From a virus, in IMG/VR virus record IMGVR_UViG_3300045988_140506: 34,851 nt of DNA; one strand, 5' to 3'. The notes beneath the pieces were generated by a model. The model made no database searches. It saw nothing but the letters and a program-made list of their open reading frames with translations, and was not told where the DNA came from. Shown here in pieces: positions 1-9,791 of the stretch. Every line of letters begins with the position of its first letter. The stretch's first letter is position 1. The translations under genes were made by a program, and so were the position numbers.

Positions 1-119
1 AAAGCCCCTCGTTGCTTGTCTGCTCGACTTCGTATTTGTAAGGTATTGAGGTTGTCGGCACGGTGTCACGGATAACCGTTATAGAGCCGTTCGCCTTGTT
101 TTGAGCCTTTACGTCGCCC
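1..119. repeat. Exact copy of 34733..34851, the end overlap of a circular or terminally redundant molecule
   Basis: Bases 1-119 read identically to 34733-34851 when the two ends are compared base by base. The implied unit length is 34,732 bp. Confidence 0.95.
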
Positions 120-1477
120 TCGTCAGTTAAATACATTTTGACTGAAGTGTTTACGGTTATATCGGTGTCGGAAATGGTGTATGTGTGTAACGTAACAGTA
201 GAATTTGACAATCCCGAAAACGTGTATGTCGAACCGCCGCTACCGTGGTCAGCATAAAAAATATTTCCTTGTTTATCTAAATAGATATTAAACTTAAATC
301 CAGTTACTGCCTTATAACTTATCTCCATATATTGTTCATTGCCGACAGTCACCATAGCGGTTACAGCGTCATAAACTTTATTATCTCCCAAAAGTTTTAT
401 TTTCCAACCTTGCAATACTCCATAATATTTCGCATCTATGGTTTGAGAATATATTTTATTTGTTTCGGTTAGTGTTGTGCTTTGTATAACGGATATGTTT
501 TTAGTTAGTAAATTTTGGACAATTATTTCGTTCCAACCCGTTGTCGGCAACTCCCCGCTTACTTTCTTATAAGTAACGGGTAAACTCGTCGGAATAGTCG
601 GTATGTCACTTGCTGTTATAAACCCACTATCGTTCGTCAGTTCGCTTGTCTTTGTGGGGACATTCGGCACATAGTGATTTACCAGCGTAAACTGTCCGCT
701 TGCGTTCGTCTGCTTGACCTTGTAGGTGTACGGGATAGGCTGTGTCGGCACGGTGTCGCGTATGACTGTGATTTTTCCGCTTTCAAGGGCTTGCGCTTTC
801 ACTCCGCCGTCGTCCGTGAGTTCCATAAGAACGTCGCTGTTGGGGGTTATGGAAGTGTCGGAGATGGTGTAGAATTGTTGCGAAATGGTCGATGTTCCAA
901 TACGAGTATAAGTAACGGCGTGCGCCGAACTTGCGAAAGTGTCACCTTTTCCGTACATTTTTCCATCTCTTGAAATGAAAATCGTCGGATTGTCAACCTG
1001 ATAATTTTTTCGGAAAGATATGCCAGTCATATCATTTACCGTGGCACTGCTATTTTTGTCCTTGAACGCAACATTATTATTTGTATAATCACCGTAATAG
1101 GAATAGTTATAATCTACTACCATATATGCGGTATCGTCGGAATATAAAATATCTGCAAGTTCTTTTGAAGTTCCAAGAAATGTATATGACGACGGACACC
1201 TGACACTTCCTTCCCAAAAAGTTTGGAAACCTGTTTTCTCCCACCCGCTTGTAGGCAAGTTCCCGCTCTTCAACACACTCGCTTCTTGCGGTAATGCTTC
1301 GGGAGCAGCACCGCCAGCGGGGGAATAAGTTTTCCCCCCGTCGGTCGACACACTGAAAACACCGTCTTTCTCGACAATGTCGGTTACTTGTTTCATAGTC
1401 CCTTCGGTTGCGGGCGAAGAAACATTTTTGTAAACCTTTCCGTTTTTCCTTATTTCGCTTTGAGTTAATTGTTTCAT
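1..1477 (-). CDS. Modular receptor-binding / tail-fibre-like protein, N-terminal 492 codons. The gene crosses the circular junction and ends at 34362, for about 615 aa in total.
   Basis: ATG at 1477-1475 is preceded by AGGAGATAAG (1481-1490). The minus-strand frame stays open down to base 1 and is in frame with listed ORF 34362..34793. It is missing from the ORF track because it runs off the window edge. It lies directly after the giant tail proteins. Confidence 0.75.
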   Translation of the reverse strand, partial: MKQLTQSEIRKNGKVYKNVSSPATEGTMKQVTDIVEKDGVFSVSTDGGKTYSPAGGAAPEALPQEASVLKSGNLPTSGWEKTGFQTFWEGSVRCPSSYTFLGTSKELADILYSDDTAYMVVDYNYSYYGDYTNNNVAFKDKNSSATVNDMTGISFRKNYQVDNPTIFISRDGKMYGKGDTFASSAHAVTYTRIGTSTISQQFYTISDTSITPNSDVLMELTDDGGVKAQALESGKITVIRDTVPTQPIPYTYKVKQTNASGQFTLVNHYVPNVPTKTSELTNDSGFITASDIPTIPTSLPVTYKKVSGELPTTGWNEIIVQNLLTKNISVIQSTTLTETNKIYSQTIDAKYYGVLQGWKIKLLGDNKVYDAVTAMVTVGNEQYMEISYKAVTGFKFNIYLDKQGNIFYADHGSGGSTYTFSGLSNSTVTLHTYTISDTDITVNTSVKMYLTDEGDVKAQNKANGSITVIRDTVPTTSIPYKYEVEQTSNEGL

Positions 1478-1488
1478 TTTCTTATCTC

Positions 1489-4400
1489 CTAAACAATTTC
1501 AATTCCTTGAATATTTGTAATCAACGGCGTTTTCGTCGTAATGTCGATATAACTTCCGTCATTGTGTGTTGTTTTGCCCACAAGAATTATCGTTTCCCCG
1601 TTTTTATTTAGCGTAAACGAAGTCACATAATTGATATAAACCGTGTCCGTTCCCTCGACAACAAACGCTTGACTTGTTCCAGCAATTTCAGCAAAGTTCG
1701 CAATGTCAAAGTTCGTCGGGCTTGCGATATCTTCCGTGTCCGTTCCTGCACTTCGGCGATAAATCGCAAAGGTCGTCGTTTCAACACCCGTCGCACCCTC
1801 GCCCCTATGCAAAGGAATTCTCACACGCATTGTTACCTTGTCCTTGTTGGTAAAGTTAAGTCCACCCTCGCCCGTAAGTTTCGCATTGTCTTGCCAAATC
1901 TTTACGAGTTTAATCGCGCCGTTTCCGCTCGTTTTTTCGCCGAAAGGAAGTTTTGTTGCGCCACTGTTTATCGTGTACCTTATTTGTGCATAGCCTTGAT
2001 TATTGTCTTCAAACTTTGCGTAAGTCCGGTCATAGCGCAAGTGTTCTTCTCTCACCGTCGTGCCTAAAATCAACTCTCTATCGGTAAAACCGGTTGCAAG
2101 GCTTGCGTTAAAGTCTTTAATCGTGATAGAGTTCGGGTTTTGCTGTGCGTTCGGAGTGATAACTATCGCCATTCTGTCAAAGGCTGTCGTCGGGATAGCA
2201 AACGTCCCACTGACTTCGTGTTCGCCCGAAACATCTTCGGTGATAAAGATACTTGAAACTTGCGTCCAACCGCTCGCCAAAGTCAAATTGCCGTCCGTAA
2301 TTCCCGTAACAATCTTGCTGTCAAAAACCCCAGCATTTGCGCCCGTATAGATCAAAAGTCGCATATCCCACGCGTTATTTTTGTTCTCGCCCTTGAAAGC
2401 AACGTTCAAAGTCTTGCCTTTAAGGTTTGCCGTGTCTATGCGGTCAAACACCCTGCCAAAAGCACAAAAGACTATGTTCGAGCCGTCGTCCGAAAGTTTA
2501 ATGTTTCCGTTCGCCACCGAGAATTTCAAAGTCCCCGTAACGTCAACGTGCAGTCCGTCGTTGTAATTATAGAATCCGTCCGCAAGCGTTTGTTCAGCCA
2601 CGGTTTCGTTTTTGAGCCAGTCAAGGCTTAAAAGGTCGTTGTAGTAATACCTGAATTGTTTGTCCCATCTCAACCCCGTCGCAATATCGAAAGCATTGTC
2701 GCCTGCGCTGACTTGTTTTCCAACTTGCAAGGACTGAATAGAATAACAAGTGTCTTGCGTGAGTTCCAAAACTTCATTAAAGCCGTTTTCCACAACAAAC
2801 CCAACCTTTACCATTGACGAGAAAGTTTTAATTCCGTAAGCAACTAATCTCGTGATTTTATCGCCCGTCTTAAAGTATTCTTTGACACCCAAAGGCTTGC
2901 CGTTGTCGTCGGTCAAAATCGTTCCCGTTGCGTTGTCTTGTGCATATATCGAAACATAGCCGTCGCTTTGTGCTTCAACGTCGCCAAAGTCCGCAACGAA
3001 CTTAATCGAAAACGCTGTTTCCGTGTCGTCGCCAATCGCTTGACAAATAACGCTCTTTGTGTTCTTTTCGGCATAAACATAAGAACTTCCGCTTGCCTCA
3101 ATATCGCCAGCCCAAATCTTGCCGTCGATACCGTTAAAGTTGATATATTCCGAGCCGTTTAATTTCGCATAGAAGTTGTCCGCCGCCGTTTTCGCCAGAA
3201 TCGCAGGCTTTATTCTCAACCCAGCCGTGTTTGCGCCGTCTTTATAAACTTCCAACCCGCTTGCACTATCCGCAACAAGTTTTGCCGTTTCGATATCGGT
3301 AGTTCCGTCCGACACTTTAATCGCCGCGACTTCGCCTATTCTATCAAATAGCCAATGCCCGTCCGTGTCGGGTTTAAGAGTGCCGTTATATCCATCGGCG
3401 GTAAGTTCTACCGTGGAAGCCGTTCCGTTGATTGTAGCCCCATTTACGGGCGTTAAAACGACCTTGCAACCCGTGTGGTATGTGCTTCCCTGCTGTAACG
3501 CAAGTCTGATATCAATAGTCGAGTTCAACGCTTGCGGTATGTTTTGAGTGATAGTTTGATTATCAGCCGTAAAGTCAAACACCAAAGATATGTTGTATTG
3601 TCCGTCGTATTCGAGGGAAGTCAGGTCAACGCCCGTCGAGGTTTCTCTGTAAATCGACTTGTTAAGGTTGCAATCGAAAACCTTTTCGCCCAGCCCGGTC
3701 AGGTCAACGTTGCCCAAATCGTCGTCAAGTTTTGATTTGAGTGCCGCCGAGTTGTTGCTTGTTGCACTTTGCATATCTTGCAAGGTCTTGCTCAAAAGTT
3801 GGCTCTTGTCTTTGTCGTAAACCTCGTCGGTGTCGGTCGGCTGTTCGCCAACTTGCCATTGACTGCCGTTCCACTTGAATTGCATTCCGCTGTTAATGCT
3901 TATGTCTTCGCCGTTTATCGAAATTTCTTTCGTGCTTGTTGCGGAGTTCGACACAAAGAAAGTCGCGAATTTTCCAACATCGGCGGGCGCAGGCAAGGTC
4001 AATGCCGTTGCGGTTTCGGTTTGCTCAATTCTCAACGCGCCGAAAGTCGTATAATCTATCGCAGGCAATGCCACAGGGTTTGTCAAAGTCAAAATGCCCC
4101 TTTCTTCGTCCGTTATGCTCGACGCAATCAACAACACGCAATCTAACTTTTCCGTCGTTGTGAGCGTAATATTGCCGTCCGTGTCTATCTTTGCTGAAAA
4201 CGCTATTCTTTCGTAGGTATTCGCCGCAACTAATTCTTGCAAGTCGATAAAATAATTCGTGTTCGGTGCTTGCTGGTGTCTTGTTTGCGGTATGGTCGTG
4301 CTGAAAGTTCCGTCCGTATTTGCCGTCCAATCGGTAGTAAGCACGTTGATTGACTTCATACCGTTTAATGTGTTCACGTCAAAAGTAATTGATTGCGCCA

Positions 4401-6114
4401 CTAAATTGAACGTTGACGGATAAACAGCGTTTGAATACACGTTTATCGTAGTTTCCGTGCTTTCGGTCGTGATAACATCTAACGACTTCGTGAAAGTGTC
4501 GCCAGCGTTTGCTTTTAGACTGTTGTTCCCTAACGCCAAATAAATAGACGATATTTCAACGAGTGTCGGAGTGTCCGCCGCAAGTGCGATTTCGTTCGTA
4601 AGTTCAGCCGACAACAAAGTTTCCGCTTGCCCTACTTTCTTGACCTTTGTCGTAAGCCTGAATTGCACCGAGCATTTTCTATTCGCGCTAACCCAAATTG
4701 CCGAACGGTCGGTCGAGTTCTTTGTAAAGTTGTAGTTGCCAGTCAAAACTCTGTCAATCGAAAACACGTTTGCCGTGCCGATTGCGTTCACCGTCTTTGT
4801 GAATTGAATACCGCTTGCAGGAGTGGTCGGCACATTTTCAACAAAACCGTCAGCCGAATAATAGTAAATATTCGTATAAGTAATAGGAAGATACTTGCTA
4901 TCGCTTTCGGACTTCGTGTAAACGTCGCTTTGCTTCGCGTAAGTCAAGTTTATAACATTGCCGAGTTGGTCTTGTAATGCTTTTGTGGATATTCCGACAA
5001 CTTGCGTGCCGTTGACAATGTTAGTCTGCAAAACGTCAATCAGATTAATTTTCGTTTGGATATTTCTGTAAACGCCCTCATTGTCTTTGTAATAGACGTT
5101 TTTAATCTCGCCGCCCGTTATATCGACCAACACGTTATTTGTCGAGTTTATGCCGAACGTGCCTTTAATCACGCCCAAACTTCCGTTGCTTGCTTGTTCG
5201 ATAGGCGGTATTTCAAAACTGTTCCATTTGTTGTTGTCGCCGTAAATGTATTTGTAGTTTTTGTCCGTCGCTCCGACTATTTCAAGCACAAAGATAATGC
5301 TATCGTTCGGTTTCGGGTTTCTCCCAAGTTCCGACAGGGTAAACGCCGAAAGTTCGTCGTTCGTGGGAAGTGTCGTTCCTTTCATAGTTCCGACAGGCGT
5401 TTCAGCACCCGACACCGTGTTTTCAAGCGTAGTTACCCTCGACTGCAAATCGCTTATGTTTGTGGTATTGCTTGAAATGTTTGCGGTGTTCTCGTCCGTA
5501 TGTCCGTCAACTTCGTTTATCGCCCCGACAACAGTCTTATCGTCGGTAGTAAGGGTATCGTCCGTCTTGTCTTGTTTTAACGGCAAAGTTGCGTTAATAG
5601 CCTGCACTTGCGCGTTCAAGTTTTCGAGTTCGCTCGGCTCAACATCTTCGTCTTTGTCAAGGTTAGTGCTTGCCATAACGTCTAAATGACAAGTTTGGCT
5701 CGTAATGACCGAAAGAACGACAGGCGTTTCCGCTTCCGTGTCGATATTCACCACATTGACAATCAAAACAGGAGAGTTTTCGCCTTGCCCAGCATAAAAA
5801 GTAAACTCTTTCGGCAACTTTCTTTCGTACAATGCGTATTCCACGCCCTTATAGACAAGCGTTTTAAGATAGCGCATATAATAGTTTTTGCTGACCTTAA
5901 TCGCACCGTCCCTTGCCGTGTAGGTCATACCTATTTTCACCGACGTTGCGGCGACATAGGAAGAAGATTGCGACGAAAATTCAGGCGCAAGTATGCTTGT
6001 AGGAACGAAAATGTTTAAGAGTTTGTTTTGAAATTGCCCTTGATACAAGGGGAAATCTTTTTGCAAATCGGCAATTCTGCCACTTTCTGCTAAATAAATC
6101 TTAATCGTATTCAT
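1489..6114 (-). CDS. Giant tail fibre / tail-associated structural protein (about 1541 aa)
   Basis: This is listed ORF 1489..6192. I prefer the internal ATG at 6114 (MNTIKIYL...), which has GAGG 9 nt upstream and a hairpin plus TATAAT between it and the previous gene. The N-terminal third has a coiled-coil-like NISSNTTNISDLQSRVTTLENTV segment. The rest is Thr/Asn/Gly-rich and looks beta-rich, like phage fibres. The function is not proven. Confidence 0.7.
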   Translation of the reverse strand: MNTIKIYLAESGRIADLQKDFPLYQGQFQNKLLNIFVPTSILAPEFSSQSSSYVAATSVKIGMTYTARDGAIKVSKNYYMRYLKTLVYKGVEYALYERKLPKEFTFYAGQGENSPVLIVNVVNIDTEAETPVVLSVITSQTCHLDVMASTNLDKDEDVEPSELENLNAQVQAINATLPLKQDKTDDTLTTDDKTVVGAINEVDGHTDENTANISSNTTNISDLQSRVTTLENTVSGAETPVGTMKGTTLPTNDELSAFTLSELGRNPKPNDSIIFVLEIVGATDKNYKYIYGDNNKWNSFEIPPIEQASNGSLGVIKGTFGINSTNNVLVDITGGEIKNVYYKDNEGVYRNIQTKINLIDVLQTNIVNGTQVVGISTKALQDQLGNVINLTYAKQSDVYTKSESDSKYLPITYTNIYYYSADGFVENVPTTPASGIQFTKTVNAIGTANVFSIDRVLTGNYNFTKNSTDRSAIWVSANRKCSVQFRLTTKVKKVGQAETLLSAELTNEIALAADTPTLVEISSIYLALGNNSLKANAGDTFTKSLDVITTESTETTINVYSNAVYPSTFNLVAQSITFDVNTLNGMKSINVLTTDWTANTDGTFSTTIPQTRHQQAPNTNYFIDLQELVAANTYERIAFSAKIDTDGNITLTTTEKLDCVLLIASSITDEERGILTLTNPVALPAIDYTTFGALRIEQTETATALTLPAPADVGKFATFFVSNSATSTKEISINGEDISINSGMQFKWNGSQWQVGEQPTDTDEVYDKDKSQLLSKTLQDMQSATSNNSAALKSKLDDDLGNVDLTGLGEKVFDCNLNKSIYRETSTGVDLTSLEYDGQYNISLVFDFTADNQTITQNIPQALNSTIDIRLALQQGSTYHTGCKVVLTPVNGATINGTASTVELTADGYNGTLKPDTDGHWLFDRIGEVAAIKVSDGTTDIETAKLVADSASGLEVYKDGANTAGLRIKPAILAKTAADNFYAKLNGSEYINFNGIDGKIWAGDIEASGSSYVYAEKNTKSVICQAIGDDTETAFSIKFVADFGDVEAQSDGYVSIYAQDNATGTILTDDNGKPLGVKEYFKTGDKITRLVAYGIKTFSSMVKVGFVVENGFNEVLELTQDTCYSIQSLQVGKQVSAGDNAFDIATGLRWDKQFRYYYNDLLSLDWLKNETVAEQTLADGFYNYNDGLHVDVTGTLKFSVANGNIKLSDDGSNIVFCAFGRVFDRIDTANLKGKTLNVAFKGENKNNAWDMRLLIYTGANAGVFDSKIVTGITDGNLTLASGWTQVSSIFITEDVSGEHEVSGTFAIPTTAFDRMAIVITPNAQQNPNSITIKDFNASLATGFTDRELILGTTVREEHLRYDRTYAKFEDNNQGYAQIRYTINSGATKLPFGEKTSGNGAIKLVKIWQDNAKLTGEGGLNFTNKDKVTMRVRIPLHRGEGATGVETTTFAIYRRSAGTDTEDIASPTNFDIANFAEIAGTSQAFVVEGTDTVYINYVTSFTLNKNGETIILVGKTTHNDGSYIDITTKTPLITNIQGIEIV

Positions 6115-6147
6115 TGCTTTAACCTCGTTAAATATACTTTTATTTAT

Positions 6148-6153
6148 ATTATA
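6148..6153 (-). promoter_or_regulatory. TATAAT -10-like hexamer upstream of the 1541-aa gene
   Basis: The minus strand reads GCGTATAATATAA, the same TATAATA(T/A)AA context seen before three other late genes. There is no good -35. Confidence 0.35.
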
Positions 6154-6164
6154 CGCTTTAAGTA

Positions 6165-6189
6165 AGAAAAGGGCAAAACGCCCCTTTCT
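6165..6189 (-). terminator. Hairpin with a U-rich 3' side after the 1200-aa gene
   Basis: Minus-strand RNA reads AGAAAGGGGC-GUUUU-GCCCUUUUCU, about 10 bp including one G.U pair. It overlaps the stop codon of the 1200-aa gene. Confidence 0.45.
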
Positions 6190-9100
6190 CATTGCTTATT
6201 GCTGAATATGTTTTTGTTCGGCGCACCCCATACCCATTTTTTCAATGCTTGCGCTCTCGTAAAGTGTTCGGGAATATTCCTTGCAATGACAAATTGTGTC
6301 TTGTACGGCAAGGGCGGACTTTCCGCGCCCTCGTCGGGGTTAAGCGCAACATCGCATAACAACGCTATCGCCTTAACTCTTTGATAGCCATCGGTATTGA
6401 CAAAATGATTGTCCGAAACATTTGCGAACACCGTTTCAAGGTCTATGCCAAACTTTGTAACGACTGTCTTGTTGCCGTTCAAGGGGTTTGTAGCCGTCGC
6501 GGACTTGTCAATCGCATAGGTAAAATACTTGTTAAGTTGCGTTCCGTCTTTGCCCATAGGCGGTATAATAACGCTATTATCAACATACCCCGAAGAAAGT
6601 TTGTTCACTTCTTCGGAAAGCAATACCAACCGCAAATTCGACTTTTTCGGCAAGTACACATAAGGCGACAAAACGAACGTGTCGCTATTCGTAATCATTT
6701 GCAAGTTGTAGTTGACCGAAATTGCTTCTCGGCAGTCTTTCAACAAACCTATTCCGCGCCCGTTAAAGTTTGTGTCGAACGCCTTAACATTTGTTGCGAG
6801 AACATCATATTTGCCGACAAACTTATCAGCCGTGTTGTCCTTTGTTGTGATAGGACTTTCGGGGAAAGCCATTGTTTCAGTGGGCGTAGGCACTCCAATA
6901 CTCCCCAAAATGTAGAAGTCCAATAAAGCCGCGCGTCCGTAAATATCGGTGTATTTGACCGCCCACATTGAATTGTACGCCCCCTTGCTCAACACTGCCG
7001 TTGAACTGTCTATTTTAGGCGACACAATGACCTTATCGCCAGCGGAATAGTTGTCCGCCATGTCGTATTCGTAGGTCAATGTAGTTTCGCTTGAATAGGC
7101 GTTTATCGGGTTTATAACTTCAAGATACAAGTCGCTTTGCCCAACGGTTTGGTCGTAAACACCCGTGTCCTTATCGCCCTTGAAAACTGTTACGGCGTAC
7201 TTCGCAAAGTCCGTTCCCGCGCCAGCGACAAGGCTCGCCAAATGGTCGTAGTTGAATACATAGTTTGAGCCAAAAGACAAGTCGTTTTCGTCATCGGTTA
7301 ATAGCAACAAGTCATTGATAGCAAATTCGCGCCAAATAAGACTTTGTTCGCTAATCTCGTAAAATCTCGGCTCGCTCGGAATACCTATGATATTGCTTAA
7401 TTCGTTGTAGTCCTTGCTATAAGACACTTTGCTGATAATGCACGAGTGCATAATTGTATGCGTTACTTTCGCCACATAATAGAGTTCTCCGTCAATGCGG
7501 TAGAGTTCGCCCTTATGCTTTACATCTGCCCAGTTGTCGTGCCATTCGTAAATGTCATACGAGTTGTTACCCGTCCTTATGAGTTTGCCGAACATTTGAT
7601 TACCAAACTTTATGCTATCGACAACAACGTCCGTTTGGTTGTTAAACTGATTGTGTTCGGGGTATCTATCCCATTTAGAATTTAGCAAATATTTGCGTAA
7701 GTCGGGACGGATATGGTTTTGGCGCACGCTGTCTTTCGTCCTATACCGCACAAAGAACGAATAATCGTTGACTTTTAAGGTCGTCCATTCGCCAGAAGTC
7801 GGCGCAGGGTTTACGGGGTTGTACCCGTTGAACGCACAATAGATGACCTTTTTTATCGCATAGTCCGAATAAATGTTTGGTGTTTTTTGCGGCAGTTGAT
7901 AGTCGCCACCAGCGATTATGTTCGTGCCGAGTTTATAATACAGCGCAATGCCCCTATTCGGCACAACGTCAAAGTCGATAGAAAGCGTTTTGTAAACATT
8001 TTCTTCGTAAATGTAGTCGGTCATATCGGCGATTGCCCCGTCACTGTTGCGCCTAACTTTTATGCTCATAAGTTCTATGATAGGCTTTGACACGATAATT
8101 TCCGCTGTATCGTTCGACACCAAAAGTTGCTCGTGCGTTGTTTTCGGCGACACCCATTCTTCTATGTAGCCGCCCAACTGTACCATATTCGTTATGTACG
8201 AAGAAGTCGCGCAAATGTAGTCCTCAACACTTCGGCTATTAAACAAAGAAGTCTTTGTGCTTGGTTTAACTTGCTCGTCCGTGCGCCCCAAACGATTGAA
8301 AGTAATCATATACTTGTCGTTGTCGCCGAATTTCAGTTCGGGTATTGCGTGTATGTAATTCCCAACTTCTACCATAATTTCCCAAAGGTTCTTTTGGTTA
8401 TAGAAGTTTTCGATAATTTGCGTCGCGGCAAGTTCGTCCCTAAAATTATCGTCAATGTAAAACGGTATGTCCGAATTGTTTACGTCGGCAATGTACGCCC
8501 CGTCTTTCTTTTCGTAAAGCCCCGAATTCACTATCGCTTTTTGCAATAAAGCAAGCGCAGAATACGGCGTGGACGACGAATAAACTATCTTCTTGCTATC
8601 AACACTATATGTTACGAACTCCGCCTTTCCGCTCGTGTTTTGCGCGGTCATATAAAGGTTATTGTTATTTACCTTACCATCTTCAATAGATATGGTATAT
8701 TCTTGATAGAAAGTAGGTTGTTCGCCAGTATATTTTCTTCTTTCCCCACCAGAAATTGGAACATTGGGCAACTCATCGTCGAATTGATGTAACGAAACGG
8801 TTAGTTCATACCGACAGTCTTTTTTTATGTCGAAAAAGTCCGTAAGATAAGAAGACGCTGTTGGAGCAGGCGCGGACTTATCCGTGTATTTTTTGTAATC
8901 AACAAATATGTCGCCAGGAGTTCCTGGTATCGTTTCGCACCGTTCGAGCAGCCATTCCCCGTTTATAATGTTTTGATAGTCCGCACCAACATCGGTCACC
9001 CACGATGTGCCTAAATTCGAGTTTGAAATGACTGTTTTTGTCCACTGCCTTGTAGGCGTTTCAGAGTTAAGGTTGTATTCTCTTATAACATAATCAACGG

Positions 9101-9791
9101 AAGCGTCGCCTTTATACTCATAACTCCTTGTGTCTTTTTTTCCATATAAGATTGAAAGAGCGGGTAACTTAAATCTCGCCTTGTATGTCCCGTCGTCGGT
9201 CTTAAAGTTTTCAATATCAATGTATTGCGATTGAAAAGCCCCACCGCTTTGGTTCAAAAGAAGTAACTCCCCGTCTAAATCAAAGAATTTTCCCGAAACT
9301 CTATATGCTTTGTTGTTGCTTTCATAAACACCAAAGTTAATTGACGGTGGTGAATGTTTCGGCAAAAGGTTAAACCCCGCGCTCCCGCTCGGATAGGCAG
9401 GCTTTTCTTCCAAACTCACATCTTTCAGTTTATAAGTGCTTGCAATGTTGTCCACGAGCCTTTTTTGCGATACCACGCTCGGCTCAATATAAGATATATG
9501 GTGGTCGAAATAGTTGTCGTCGCTCATAACGGGCTGACTTACAATATCTCTCGACACGGAAAAATGAACGGTGCAAACAATCGTGCCGTTCTCTAATACG
9601 TCTATGATAAATTTTGTTTCGGGGTCAAACGCCTTTTTTGACGGAAGCCCGTACAATGTAATCTCGGCGGTGTCAAGAACTTGCGTAATATCTTCGCCTA
9701 AATCTTGCCCTTGTGCAAGAAAGCGGGAAAAATCTTCGCCCCTATACCCGTCTTTCGTGCTGTCGTATTTGTGTATTTGAACAGTAAACAT
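6189..9791 (-). CDS. Giant tail / adsorption-apparatus structural protein (1200 aa)
   Basis: Uninterrupted 1200-codon ORF with ATG at 9791 placed directly after the TAA of the upstream gene. It sits in the late operon between mid-sized virion proteins and the fibre genes. No catalytic motif was recognised. Confidence 0.65.
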   Translation of the reverse strand: MFTVQIHKYDSTKDGYRGEDFSRFLAQGQDLGEDITQVLDTAEITLYGLPSKKAFDPETKFIIDVLENGTIVCTVHFSVSRDIVSQPVMSDDNYFDHHISYIEPSVVSQKRLVDNIASTYKLKDVSLEEKPAYPSGSAGFNLLPKHSPPSINFGVYESNNKAYRVSGKFFDLDGELLLLNQSGGAFQSQYIDIENFKTDDGTYKARFKLPALSILYGKKDTRSYEYKGDASVDYVIREYNLNSETPTRQWTKTVISNSNLGTSWVTDVGADYQNIINGEWLLERCETIPGTPGDIFVDYKKYTDKSAPAPTASSYLTDFFDIKKDCRYELTVSLHQFDDELPNVPISGGERRKYTGEQPTFYQEYTISIEDGKVNNNNLYMTAQNTSGKAEFVTYSVDSKKIVYSSSTPYSALALLQKAIVNSGLYEKKDGAYIADVNNSDIPFYIDDNFRDELAATQIIENFYNQKNLWEIMVEVGNYIHAIPELKFGDNDKYMITFNRLGRTDEQVKPSTKTSLFNSRSVEDYICATSSYITNMVQLGGYIEEWVSPKTTHEQLLVSNDTAEIIVSKPIIELMSIKVRRNSDGAIADMTDYIYEENVYKTLSIDFDVVPNRGIALYYKLGTNIIAGGDYQLPQKTPNIYSDYAIKKVIYCAFNGYNPVNPAPTSGEWTTLKVNDYSFFVRYRTKDSVRQNHIRPDLRKYLLNSKWDRYPEHNQFNNQTDVVVDSIKFGNQMFGKLIRTGNNSYDIYEWHDNWADVKHKGELYRIDGELYYVAKVTHTIMHSCIISKVSYSKDYNELSNIIGIPSEPRFYEISEQSLIWREFAINDLLLLTDDENDLSFGSNYVFNYDHLASLVAGAGTDFAKYAVTVFKGDKDTGVYDQTVGQSDLYLEVINPINAYSSETTLTYEYDMADNYSAGDKVIVSPKIDSSTAVLSKGAYNSMWAVKYTDIYGRAALLDFYILGSIGVPTPTETMAFPESPITTKDNTADKFVGKYDVLATNVKAFDTNFNGRGIGLLKDCREAISVNYNLQMITNSDTFVLSPYVYLPKKSNLRLVLLSEEVNKLSSGYVDNSVIIPPMGKDGTQLNKYFTYAIDKSATATNPLNGNKTVVTKFGIDLETVFANVSDNHFVNTDGYQRVKAIALLCDVALNPDEGAESPPLPYKTQFVIARNIPEHFTRAQALKKWVWGAPNKNIFSNKQ

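Noticed and set aside
1-1477. Diversity-generating retroelement (template/variable repeat) as an explanation for the repeated segments in the receptor-binding gene
   Set aside because: There is no reverse transcriptase anywhere in the genome. The repeated segments are in-frame protein linkers with many non-adenine differences. The 119-bp identical copy is the assembly overlap.
6115-6192. N-terminal 26-aa extension of the 1541-aa protein from the ATGA-overlapping ATG at 6192
   Set aside because: The extension (MRKGRFALFLLKAYNINKSIFNEVKA) covers a hairpin and a TATAAT element and looks like translated non-coding sequence. The ATG at 6114 has its own GAGG. It cannot be fully excluded.
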